Both the position numbers and the translations under genes were made by a program. Positions 56,401 through 64,000 of a DNA stretch of 64,000 nucleotides are shown in pieces. Source of the DNA: an uncultured virus (IMG/VR IMGVR_UViG_3300034071_001628) (Duplodnaviria; Heunggongvirae; Uroviricota; Caudoviricetes). The notes beneath the pieces are model-generated. The model was not told the origin of the DNA. It searched no databases and was given only the letters and a program-made list of their open reading frames with translations. The DNA lies in IMG/VR virus record IMGVR_UViG_3300034071_001628; one strand, 5' to 3'. Numbering within the stretch: position 1 is the stretch's first letter; each line of letters starts with the position of its first letter.

Positions 56401-57582
56401 GCTAATACCACTGGATTTTCAAGATTTGAAGGAATAACTACAGCATTTGGATATCTAAAAGTTAATAATGAAGTTATCTACTATAATAGCATTGGCAGTG
56501 GCGTACTTGGAATTGCAACCAGAGGTGTTGATGGAACTGCTATTAGAAAACACTATGTAAATGACCCTGTTTATAAGTATGAAATTGGAGATGTTTCTTT
56601 AACAAGAGTAAATAAAACCCATGACATGTCCTCTGATGCAACGTTAAGAAGTCTCAATGATATCGATAGTTATAATATTGAAATTGATAGGGGTTCTCGT
56701 TCCACTGGAGAATCGCAATTGAACTTCTCACTTGAGTCTCAAGTTGGTGGAGATGATATTTCGGTTTCTCAAAATATTCAGTATAATTCTATTATCCCAC
56801 AATTCAATGTAATTACACCAGGTCAGTCTTCATCAGTTTCTGGTTCAATTAGAACAGTTTCTGGCACAAGTGCAGGTGGTTCAGAGGTATCATTCTTGGA
56901 TAATGGATTTGAAGCAGTTCAACTCAATCAAATTAATGACCTTTCATCTCCAAGAATTGTATGTTCAAGAATCAATGAGACAACAAGATTAACCACACTT
57001 CCAAAGAACAGATCTCTAACTGTTAATGTTTCAATGAAGTCTAATGATCCAAATCTTTCCCCTGCGATCGATACTCAGACAGCATTTGTTGCTCTTGGAA
57101 GAAATCGTCTCAATAATCCAATACTTGACTATGCAAATGACTCTAGAGTTAATCAACTAAGCGGAGACCCTCATTCTGCTATCTATGTGTCTCAGAGAGT
57201 TAATTTATCTCAACCAGCAACTTCACTTAAAGTCTTTGTTTCAGCATACAGAGACTCCTCTGCAGATTTTAGAGTTCTTTATAGACTCTTTAAAGCAGAC
57301 TCTAGTGAAATTGCACAATCATATAATCTGTTCCCTGGTTATGATAACTTAACTGATACAAATAACGATGGTTTTGGGGATACTATTGTTAATGAAGCAA
57401 ACAATAATGGAAAACCAGATAAACTAGTTCGCTCTAGTAGGGAAAATGAATTCATTGAATATCAATTCAGTGTTGATGATTTAGAGCAATTTACTGGATA
57501 TTCTATTAAAATTGTTATGAGTGGAACCAATGAGGCAAAATCTCCTAAATTTAAGGATATTCGTGCTATTGCATTGGCTTAA
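50494..57582 (+). CDS. large virion structural protein (VrlC/DUF4815-like)
   Basis: NLNINPYYDDFD...VLFKPG.PVQARELT; GFFVDDF; DPLAQSF. Confidence 0.85.
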   Translation: MPQKTNLNINPYYDDFDKNDNFYRVLFKPGYPVQARELTTLQSILQNQIESFGSHIFKDGSMVIPGGVTYDRLYNAVKLNPQHFGIDISIYLNSIVGKKITGAESGVTASVQKILLPPDLDIEYPTIYVKYINANIDLEPAPFNDGETLILQESITYGNTTLQVGDSFASCVDSSATSVSSAVHVSEGVYFIRGTFVQVQKDTIILDPYSNSSSYRVGFNISEELISSGDDSSLYDNARGFSNYAAPGADRLKISTVLAKKVLTDFDDKNFIELVRIDNGEIKKLQDKSTYSIIKDYFAKRTFEESGDYSVGAFGVELAESLNDRLSNGGIYNSDQKTEQNNTPSDDLVCVKISPGKAYVRGYDIDFPGTTILDVEKPRDLETVTSASIPFEMGNLVKVNNVRGCPFVGLNNNNNYVDLQTYRKTSNNAASGETIGRARVYSFSANSDYVNESSAFNLYLFDIQTYTKITLNELVFSGFCPATSYIRGLSSGASGYLVQAPGPSGTTGIYLSQTSGNFIVGEQVLINESSEYRRSIVAVETNSIKDIKSVYQSYTTASGITTDFSADTILDRKIPTGFSITDTITVNSIGIATCAGKTFSGISTNTIIRYQRPGFTTETYNRVTAVSTDLQYLYLTGVSTVFGVCDGGVPGSGTVDATFTIGLPKVQNEDNAFLYAKLSSPNVSTVDLNSSTVTIVKQVNGQSTSPSGNLSLNTNTLGFSSAFFEPYDSDRYSIIYNDGAVEQLTSDQVSLSANNSQINFTGLRSGIGSVTVNTTIKRQAVKSKRKDYIRSAQIIVSSTSSGVSTSISGLSTSPYYGLRVEDREISLNVPDAVKLIAVYESLSTSTPTLDTLQFVSGLGLDINAIIGEKITGSESGSVAQIVNKPSSTDIQFVYLNSNKFVVGELVTFSESNIQSSIQAITSGSYLNITDRYSLDKGQKEQYYDYSRIVRNRGTVSPSRKLLIIFDKYVVPSNDTGDFYTVNSYDKERYTKDIPILANNTRASDVIDFRPRVSDFTSTSSSPFDFSSRTFGSSSVNTNLVVSPNESSILGYKYYLSRVDKVVLDKQGNISVVKGTSSTPPKEPVNVEEAMTIATISYPPYLYNVKDASINLIDNRRYTMRDIGKLEDRIETLETVTSLSLLELNTKSLQIQDADGLSRFKSGFFVDDFSDNGRMDLTNFDSKSDVDTESKELKTPTDFYSLKLEPALSDSINSDTADFSSNLALLDPNVKKTGDLITLNYEEKEWIQQPLASRVENVNPFQMVEYIGRVILSPASDNWVRNVYVPGGTRTITGGWNGSYIDNVLISSEPDTYMRSRNVQFASGGLKPLGRYYPFLDGISGIDVVPKLLEIEMQSGTFSVGETVDGFVGASKLITFRTSRPDHKSGPYLTPTTTYNSNPYNTSLSLSTQYSASATVLNIDIASLSEEVLGKYSGYVTSGMTLVGQTSGATCIVSNIRLVADTFGDLIGSFFIRDPLTTPPPSIRIQTGSRTFKLTTSSTNATPLPGSLLISSGETTYSASGIVDTYRQDTVIVRTPPPPPPNRGGGKDPLAQSFTVDETGAFLTAVDLYFASKDENEKCYVEVRDVELGTPTDRLVQDFARVILEPSQIGISSDASVATKVTFPSPIYLQPQREYAIVVLAPTTNNYELWVARMGEKTVNGQNLPDAESVMVTKQYIGGSLFKSQNGTIWTASQFEDLKFKLYKAKFTSQSGSAFFYNPKLEVGDSNIQKLIPDSIRIFPRKINVGITTVYLNSIKQQLVPGKRVKASTSLANGYIERVGGGVSFTGITTISTGAGYSGGSYPNVRLYPITGNGSDLIAQSVSFFNTGKLNQVVINTTGIATGKGFSVGDVVGVVTADVGNSGTGARLSISGIDGYDTLYLTNVQGDNFLLGGSLQVYTNDTTQVSYANTVVITSTAVGGQYSGNVLEVTQFNHGMTSNNNKVTISGVKPNTNPTSLTVDLDITDTTISLANTTGFSRFEGITTAFGYLKVNNEVIYYNSIGSGVLGIATRGVDGTAIRKHYVNDPVYKYEIGDVSLTRVNKTHDMSSDATLRSLNDIDSYNIEIDRGSRSTGESQLNFSLESQVGGDDISVSQNIQYNSIIPQFNVITPGQSSSVSGSIRTVSGTSAGGSEVSFLDNGFEAVQLNQINDLSSPRIVCSRINETTRLTTLPKNRSLTVNVSMKSNDPNLSPAIDTQTAFVALGRNRLNNPILDYANDSRVNQLSGDPHSAIYVSQRVNLSQPATSLKVFVSAYRDSSADFRVLYRLFKADSSEIAQSYNLFPGYDNLTDTNNDGFGDTIVNEANNNGKPDKLVRSSRENEFIEYQFSVDDLEQFTGYSIKIVMSGTNEAKSPKFKDIRAIALA

Positions 57583-57583
57583 T

Positions 57584-57793
57584 ATGAAAAAAATGATTCG
57601 TGTTGAAGGCGAAAAGAACTTGTACAGAGATACAAGTTCTGGTGCAATAATTAATACAGATGAATATGAATATTCGCAGTATATTAAACAAAGGGAAAGA
57701 AGGAATAAAGAAAAACAAGAAATATTGGAATTGAAAAATGAATTAAGTGAAATTAAAACTCTATTAGTACAACTTTTAAAAAATGAATCCTGA
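57584..57793 (+). CDS. small coiled-coil phage protein
   Basis: VEG..NLYRD.SSGAIINT. Confidence 0.75.
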   Translation: MKKMIRVEGEKNLYRDTSSGAIINTDEYEYSQYIKQRERRNKEKQEILELKNELSEIKTLLVQLLKNES

Positions 57794-57965
57794 CGAAATT
57801 ACTTTAGAAAATCTAAACAAAAATTTTGAATATGCAAAAATCTCAAGAGAAATTGATGCGTGTAATGATTTAGAGAAAATGCGAGATGTTGCAAAATGCT
57901 ATGTCAAATTATTTTTGAAAACCCAGGAGACTATTATTTCTTTAGAGTCTATCGGAACTAAATAA
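57783..57965 (+). CDS. hypothetical phage protein
   Basis: 60-aa ORF. Confidence 0.7.
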   Translation: MNPDEITLENLNKNFEYAKISREIDACNDLEKMRDVAKCYVKLFLKTQETIISLESIGTK

Positions 57966-57993
57966 TAACATGAGATGTTATTTCAAAAAGTAG

Positions 57994-58332
57994 ATGGCAG
58001 TATATGTATCAAATTTAGTGATTAATTGTGGTACTGACTTTTTCCAAACATTTAATCTGACTAACACTCAAGGTGATACTTCTTTTAATCTGACAAATTA
58101 TTCCATAGCATCCAAACTTAAAAAACATCCTGCCAGTTCTTCTTCTACAGCATTTACAGCAACAATAAGTAATGCTGCTAATGGTACAGTTGGAATTGCC
58201 TTAACTTCTGGTCAAACCGCAGATTTAAAACCAGGTAGATATGTTTACGATATAGTAATTACTAGCTCTACTGGATACAAAACAAGGGTTATCGAAGGAA
58301 ACGCTTTAGTCAGAGAAGGAGTAACAACTTAA
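57994..58332 (+). CDS. virion structural protein (Ig-like adaptor)
   Basis: NL.I..G.DF...LKPGRYVYD...RVIEG.A.V..GVT. Confidence 0.75.
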   Translation: MAVYVSNLVINCGTDFFQTFNLTNTQGDTSFNLTNYSIASKLKKHPASSSSTAFTATISNAANGTVGIALTSGQTADLKPGRYVYDIVITSSTGYKTRVIEGNALVREGVTT

Positions 58333-58646
58333 TGACATCTATAAAGGCTAGAGTAGGACAACAAAACACAATTAGAGTAATTGCATCCAACTCATTTGCT
58401 GGATCTGGAATTAAATTATCTGATATATCAGATATAGATATCTCGGGTAGAGCTGATAAGTTTGTTATGGTTTATAATGCTGCTCTGAACAAATATGTAT
58501 TTGTAGATCCAGATCAAATTTTAGTAGCAGCCGCTGCAACGGTAAATACAGCTTCTGCTGCTGGATTACCAGGTTCTTTTATCGATGCTTTGGATACAGA
58601 TCAATCTAGAGCAAATAATATTGATTTAGATGGTGGAACTTGGTAA
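58332..58646 (+). CDS. virion structural protein ending LDGGTW
   Basis: L.D.SD.D repeat and DGG terminus typical of fibre-associated proteins. Confidence 0.65.
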   Translation: MTSIKARVGQQNTIRVIASNSFAGSGIKLSDISDIDISGRADKFVMVYNAALNKYVFVDPDQILVAAAATVNTASAAGLPGSFIDALDTDQSRANNIDLDGGTW

Positions 58647-58650
58647 AAAA

Positions 58651-58658
58651 TATAAATA
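58651..58658 (+). promoter_or_regulatory. T4-type late promoter
   Basis: TATAAATA. Confidence 0.75.
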
Positions 58659-58694
58659 CCTAAAGGAAAGAGTATCAAAAGCGAGGCAATCTAG

Positions 58695-60818
58695 ATGACA
58701 GCCGCCGTAATTCAGTTTAAAAGAGGTAATTACGCTGGATTGCCAGCACTTGGAGCGGGGGAACCAGGATTTACAACTGACTTTTATGATTTCTACATTG
58801 GTCTTGATGATACGATTGGTAATAATAAATTCTTCGGAAGTCAAAGATATTGGACTAGAGAAGACGGAATTGAGTCTGCATATTTAAACTTAGTAGATAG
58901 AAACGGTTCGAACAGAATAAGTCTTAAGGCACCCAATGTACTAGCAGGTGTAACTACTTATGTACTACCAGCAACACCAGTAGCTGGTGGTCTGCTGCAA
59001 TCTGATGCAAATGGTCAGTTATCCTGGTCAAGTGCATTAACACAAGTTAATTTATCAAGTCTATATGTTACTGGATTTAGTACATTCCAGTCTGCAGTTT
59101 ATGTTTCGGATACTACAGATTCATTTAATAAAGATACTGGTTCTTTAGTTGTAGATGGTGGTCTTGGAGTAGAAAAGAATACAAATATCGGTGGTCAGAT
59201 TCAAGTTTCTGGGTTAGGAACTTTTGTATCTGGTCTTAGAGTCACAAGCACCACAGACTCGACTTCTACGAGCACTGGAGCAGTTGTTATTAACGGTGGG
59301 GTAGGATTAGCGAGAAATCTTTTCGTTGGTGCTGGTGCTTCTATTACAGGTGTTACAACGATTGCTAGCACTGCCAACACAACAAACCTTGGTCAAGGTG
59401 CGTTAGATGTTAAGGGTGGTGCTAGTATTGCACAAAACCTTTATGTTGGTGCTGCTCTAAGTGTATCTCAAGCATCGACTTTTGAGGGTAATGCAGTTTT
59501 CAATGGTGACATTACTCTTGGAAATGCTGAGACAGATAATATTATTGTTAATGCTGATGTAGAAGGAAACTGGCTTCCAAATATCGACAATGCTTATAAT
59601 ATTGGTGATGCAACTCAGGGAAAAACCTGGTTAAATGGTAGCTTTAGTGGAATTGTATCGGCTACTAGTGGATTAAGGGGTGCCAATGTTACTATTGGTA
59701 TTACTTCAGCGAGAACCATTAATACAACATCAGGGTCTCTATTCTTAACAGGTGCAGATTCAAGAGTAGTAACAGTTGGTGATGCTAGTGTATTAGGAAA
59801 TCTTGATGTTCAAGGTAATTCTACGATTGTTGGTAGCGAGACCGTCAAAAATATTCAAATAGGAGTTAATAGTACAACTCAAATTGATACATCTTCAGGT
59901 AATCTAAGACTTGATGCTGCAACAAATACAGTTGATATTACTGCACAGACAAATACAACTGGATTTGCAACATTTACTTCTGGTATCAAGGTAACATCTG
60001 GTGGTGCATTAATTGGTAATATTGGTGTTGGAACTGAAGGTACTAATATTATTAGTACAAACTCTGGAAACTTAATCCTTAAGTCTGGAGAAGTTGCAAC
60101 TACAGTTCGTGTTGAAGATGACCTTGTAGTCACTGGTACAATCACTGGTACAATTACAGGTACAATTTCAACAGCAACTAGATCATCATCAATTGATGTC
60201 TCATCCGTAGTTGATTCCAATACAAGATATCTAACCTTTGTTGATTCATCAACCGCTGGAGCAGGACAAACTGCATATGTAGATCCAACTCTATCATATA
60301 ATGCAAATACAACTACATTATCAGCTCCCATTATTAGAACAGGAACTATTAATGCTGCTGATGGGTCTCCTTCAATCACAGTTTCAAATACTACTGGTAA
60401 TGTAAGTTTTGCAAGTAGTGTCACAATCACAGGCGATATTACTGTACTTGGAACCCAAACAATTGTTAATACTGAACAACTTAAAGTTGAAGATAGTATT
60501 ATTGAACTTGGATTAGTTAATAGTGGAGGCAGCTTAGTACCACCATCAACCGATCAAAATATTGATGTTGGTGTTGTAATGCATTATTACACAACATCAG
60601 CGAAAAAAGCTGCAATTTATTGGGATGAATCTGTAAATAGAGTTGCTGTTGCATCATCTGTAACAGAAACTTCAAGCGTTATGTCGGATGTTGTTTATGC
60701 ACCGATTGAAATTGGTTCTCTTTGGGTTAATGATTGTGCTGGTCAATCTCAAGTTATTACATGCGTAGGTGGAGAAAGATTCCTTCAAAATATCACAATC
60801 GATGGTGGTGCATTCTGA
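58695..60818 (+). CDS. tail fibre-like protein
   Basis: IQFKRG...L.AGEPGF N-terminus; repeated TGA.V..GG.G...NL.VG units. Confidence 0.8.
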   Translation: MTAAVIQFKRGNYAGLPALGAGEPGFTTDFYDFYIGLDDTIGNNKFFGSQRYWTREDGIESAYLNLVDRNGSNRISLKAPNVLAGVTTYVLPATPVAGGLLQSDANGQLSWSSALTQVNLSSLYVTGFSTFQSAVYVSDTTDSFNKDTGSLVVDGGLGVEKNTNIGGQIQVSGLGTFVSGLRVTSTTDSTSTSTGAVVINGGVGLARNLFVGAGASITGVTTIASTANTTNLGQGALDVKGGASIAQNLYVGAALSVSQASTFEGNAVFNGDITLGNAETDNIIVNADVEGNWLPNIDNAYNIGDATQGKTWLNGSFSGIVSATSGLRGANVTIGITSARTINTTSGSLFLTGADSRVVTVGDASVLGNLDVQGNSTIVGSETVKNIQIGVNSTTQIDTSSGNLRLDAATNTVDITAQTNTTGFATFTSGIKVTSGGALIGNIGVGTEGTNIISTNSGNLILKSGEVATTVRVEDDLVVTGTITGTITGTISTATRSSSIDVSSVVDSNTRYLTFVDSSTAGAGQTAYVDPTLSYNANTTTLSAPIIRTGTINAADGSPSITVSNTTGNVSFASSVTITGDITVLGTQTIVNTEQLKVEDSIIELGLVNSGGSLVPPSTDQNIDVGVVMHYYTTSAKKAAIYWDESVNRVAVASSVTETSSVMSDVVYAPIEIGSLWVNDCAGQSQVITCVGGERFLQNITIDGGAF

Positions 60819-60850
60819 TAGATAAATAACTTTATTATGGAATCATTAAT

Positions 60851-61216
60851 ATGGCTTCAGACGTAGATTATAAAATTTTATTAGGTTCTTATCAACAGAA
60901 ATCTTTTGATTTATTAAATCAAGTGATTGCTTTAGAAGCTCGTGTTTCTTCTAGTAATCAAATTATTGATGGATTAAATAAAAGAGTTCAAGATTTAATT
61001 GCTGAATTGGAAAAGGCAAAAGCAATTATTGCCGAATTGAAAATTGCTGAAATGGAAAGATTAGAGGAGGAAGAAAGGAAGTTATTAGAAACTGTAGAGT
61101 CAGAAATGCAATTTGGATTGGTTTCTATGCCACCAAAGAAAAAGATCAAAAAGACAGTTACGAGTGAGGATGTTGAGTTGATAGAAGATACTAAACCTAA
61201 TGAGGGAGAACTCTAA
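60851..61216 (+). CDS. coiled-coil hypothetical protein
   Basis: 121-aa ORF. Confidence 0.7.
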   Translation: MASDVDYKILLGSYQQKSFDLLNQVIALEARVSSSNQIIDGLNKRVQDLIAELEKAKAIIAELKIAEMERLEEEERKLLETVESEMQFGLVSMPPKKKIKKTVTSEDVELIEDTKPNEGEL

Positions 61217-62058
61217 TGGCAAAACCATCAACACGCCAACAATTGATTGACTATTGTTTAAGAAAATTAGGAGCTCCTGTTTTAGAAATAAACGTAGATG
61301 ATGATCAGATTGATGATCTGGTTGATGATGCAATTCAATTTTTTAATGAGCGTCATTTTGATGGTGTTGAAAGAATGTACTTAAAGTACAAGATAACGCA
61401 AGCGGATATTGATAGAGGAAGAGCAAAAAATGACAATGGTGTTGGAATTGTAACTACAACTGCGAGTTCTACAATTACGGGTTATGGATCCACATCTTTT
61501 AACTTTTACGAAAATTCAAACTATATTCAAGTTCCAGACTCTGTAATTGGGATTGAAAAAATATATAAGTTTGATACGAGTTCCGTTTCATCTGGAATGT
61601 GGAGTATTAAGTATCAACTATTCTTGAATGATTTATACTACTTTAATTCAGTTGAACTCTTACAGTATGCAATGGTAAAAACATATCTAGAAGATATTGA
61701 TTTTTTACTTTCAACAGATAAGCAAATAAGATTTAATAAAAGGCAAAATAGATTATATTTAGATATTGATTGGGGGGCAAAAACAGTTGATACTTGGTTA
61801 GTTATGGATTGTTATAGAGCACTTGACCCAACAGATTTTTCTAAAGTATATAATGATAGTTTTGTTAAAAGATACTTAACTGCATTGATCAAAAGACAAT
61901 GGGGACAAAATCTAATCAAGTTCCGTGGCGTTAAGTTACCTGGTGGAATTGAATTAAATGGTAGAGAGATTTATGAAGATGCAGAAAGAGAAATTGATGA
62001 AATAACAAAGAGAATGTCAATGGATTACGAACTTCCACCTTACGACTTTATTGGATAA
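61216..62058 (+). CDS. gp13: neck protein gp13
   Basis: LIDYCLRKLGAPVLEINV...QWGQNL.KF.GVKLPGG. Confidence 0.95.
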   Translation: MAKPSTRQQLIDYCLRKLGAPVLEINVDDDQIDDLVDDAIQFFNERHFDGVERMYLKYKITQADIDRGRAKNDNGVGIVTTTASSTITGYGSTSFNFYENSNYIQVPDSVIGIEKIYKFDTSSVSSGMWSIKYQLFLNDLYYFNSVELLQYAMVKTYLEDIDFLLSTDKQIRFNKRQNRLYLDIDWGAKTVDTWLVMDCYRALDPTDFSKVYNDSFVKRYLTALIKRQWGQNLIKFRGVKLPGGIELNGREIYEDAEREIDEITKRMSMDYELPPYDFIG

Positions 62059-64000
62059 TGGCATTAAATCCCTTTTTCTTACAAGGATCCGCTGCTGAAC
62101 AAAGACTTGTTCAGGATTTAATCAATGAACAGTTAAGAATGTATGGTGTTGAAGTTGTATATGTTCCTAGATTTTTTGTTAATAAAAAAACAATTATCGA
62201 AGAAGTTCAAACTTCAAAATTCGATGATTCTTATTTACTAGAAGCATATGTAAATAATTATGAGGGATATACTGGTGCTGGAGATATTTTAACTAAATTT
62301 GGGATGAGTTTAAAGGATGAATTGAATTTAGTTATTTCAAGAGAAAGATTTGAAGAATTTATTAGTCCATTTTTACAGGAAGAAGATGCATATGAAGTAG
62401 AAGTAGCTTTAAGACCTAGAGAAGGTGATGTAATTTATTTTCCACTTGGTCAAAGATTATTTGAAGTTAAATTTGTTGAGCATGAAAAACCATTTTATCA
62501 ACTTGGAAAAGGTTATGTGTATGAGTTATCATGCGAACTCTTTGAATATGAGAATGAAGTCTTTGATACTGGTAATGAAGATGTAGATGCTGTAATCGCA
62601 AATCAAGGAGAAATTCTATCACTCAGATTAGTGGGTTATGGTCAAACAGCAGTTCTTGGTGCAGATATAAACAGCAATTATGTTAGAAAAATCTATTTGA
62701 ATAATGATGGATATGGATATACATCGACTCCAACTGTAACATTTTCTAATGCTCCTGCATTCGGAAGAACTGCACAAGCAGTTGCAATTACAACTTCAGT
62801 TGCTGGAGTCCGTTCAATCAAAGAAATTGTATTAAAAGACGCTGGTTGGGGATATACTTCAATACCTACTATAACAATTAGCGGTGGAGGTGGTACGGGT
62901 GCGGCAGCAACTTGCTCTATAGATGTTTATCGAAAGGGGGTATCTTTTGTGCCTGTAACTTCTGGTGGGCAAGGATACACCACATCACCAAGTGTTACTT
63001 TCTCTGGTCCCACATTTATTGGTGCAGCAGGAACCGCAGTTATAGCAGACACAGCGTTAGATAGAGTAGTAATTAATAATGGTGGTTCTAGTTACTCTCC
63101 AAAACTAAGTATAGGAGTTACTTTTAGTCCCCCAAATCCAATTGGTTTTGTAACGGCAATTGCCACTGCAAATATTCAAAATGAGCAGTTATCCTCATTT
63201 AATATTGCAAATATTGGTATAGGATATAGTCAGGCTCCAACTATTACAATTGATAGTCCAACAGGAGTTGGATCAACTGCAACAGTTATCGCAGTTGGTG
63301 GGCTAGTTTATGGAGAGACTGTCTCTAGCATTTCGATAGCATCTTCTGGACAATTCTACATCACAAATCCAACATTAACCTTTGATAACCCTACAGGTAT
63401 AGCATCAACTGCCAGAGTATCTTCTTCACTAGTCTCATCTGGTGGTATATCTACAATTTCATATTCACTATTGAGCTCAGGTAGGTACTATACAACTGAG
63501 CCATCATTAAATATTGATTTCTTAGTATTAAGTCCTGGATTTGTCAATCAACCAAAATTTGGTTCAAATTCTTGGAAAATAATTTCAACAGAACCGAATA
63601 GAAATATTACTAGACCAGCAATTTCTGGAGCAGGTGTCGTCTCTATTGGAATAACTGGTTCTATTCAAATGTTTGTTAAAGTTCCATCTACATTATCAGG
63701 TGTTTCAACTTTCATAGAACTGAACAGATTATCCAATGGTGGGTATGCTAACAATGTTGATATGAGAGTTAATTCTTCAGGATATTTTGAAGTTGGTATC
63801 GGAACAATATCATTAACTTCAAATGTCTATGCTCTTGACGATACTTGGCATTATCTATACTTATCATCTGACTATGATCCACCTCCAGTACAGACAGTTA
63901 CACTTACCGTTGATGGAACAGATACTAGCGGATACTCATTCCCAACAGTAACTGTTATTGAACTGGTAACAAATGCAGATATAACTCCACCCGTTATTAA
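62058..64000 (+). CDS. gp14: neck protein gp14, extended, runs off the window end
   Basis: MALNPFFLQGS..EQRLVQDLINEQLRMYG...RPREGD.IYFP...FVEHEKPFYQLG; absent from the ORF track, consistent with no in-window stop. Confidence 0.9.
   Translation, partial: MALNPFFLQGSAAEQRLVQDLINEQLRMYGVEVVYVPRFFVNKKTIIEEVQTSKFDDSYLLEAYVNNYEGYTGAGDILTKFGMSLKDELNLVISRERFEEFISPFLQEEDAYEVEVALRPREGDVIYFPLGQRLFEVKFVEHEKPFYQLGKGYVYELSCELFEYENEVFDTGNEDVDAVIANQGEILSLRLVGYGQTAVLGADINSNYVRKIYLNNDGYGYTSTPTVTFSNAPAFGRTAQAVAITTSVAGVRSIKEIVLKDAGWGYTSIPTITISGGGGTGAAATCSIDVYRKGVSFVPVTSGGQGYTTSPSVTFSGPTFIGAAGTAVIADTALDRVVINNGGSSYSPKLSIGVTFSPPNPIGFVTAIATANIQNEQLSSFNIANIGIGYSQAPTITIDSPTGVGSTATVIAVGGLVYGETVSSISIASSGQFYITNPTLTFDNPTGIASTARVSSSLVSSGGISTISYSLLSSGRYYTTEPSLNIDFLVLSPGFVNQPKFGSNSWKIISTEPNRNITRPAISGAGVVSIGITGSIQMFVKVPSTLSGVSTFIELNRLSNGGYANNVDMRVNSSGYFEVGIGTISLTSNVYALDDTWHYLYLSSDYDPPPVQTVTLTVDGTDTSGYSFPTVTVIELVTNADITPPVI

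Noticed and set aside
1..64000. tRNA or rRNA genes
   Set aside because: No T-loop GTTCRANYC with cloverleaf context noticed by eye; a tRNAscan run would be needed to exclude them fully.

Overview
This window is a 64 kb segment of a T4-like cyanophage (cyanomyovirus) genome, almost entirely + strand. The call rests on cp12, speD, and T4 gp25/gp6/gp7/gp8/gp13/gp14 homologues. Positions 1-22 kb are an AT-rich accessory region of small ORFs plus a nucleotide-sugar dehydratase, CP12, a ParB/DGQH protein, Dam, a putative restriction-modification pair, a flavin-dependent halogenase, RlpA, 2OG-Fe(II) oxygenases and a Gly-rich adhesin-like protein. Positions 22.5-31.3 kb form an early/host-takeover-like island: two repeat-rich non-coding loci, then nearly one promoter per small gene, with GC rising steadily to an abrupt boundary at about 31.26 kb. 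About 20 promoters between 9.4 and 29.4 kb share a 24-bp dyad placed 29-31 bp upstream of the -10 box. Positions 31.3-64 kb hold conserved genes and the baseplate/neck module. Most notable observations: (1) a phycobiliprotein beta-subunit-like domain with both bilin-attachment-type cysteines inside baseplate gp7; (2) the dyad-promoter cassette array; (3) an apparently inactive GIY-YIG protein transcribed away from an iteron-like locus; (4) a stand-alone MutH-like nuclease next to a ligase-fold protein, in a genome that also encodes Dam; (5) a cyanobacterial AbrB N-domain fused to an ArdA-like domain. All family calls come from motifs read by eye and recalled family consensus; no database search was run.
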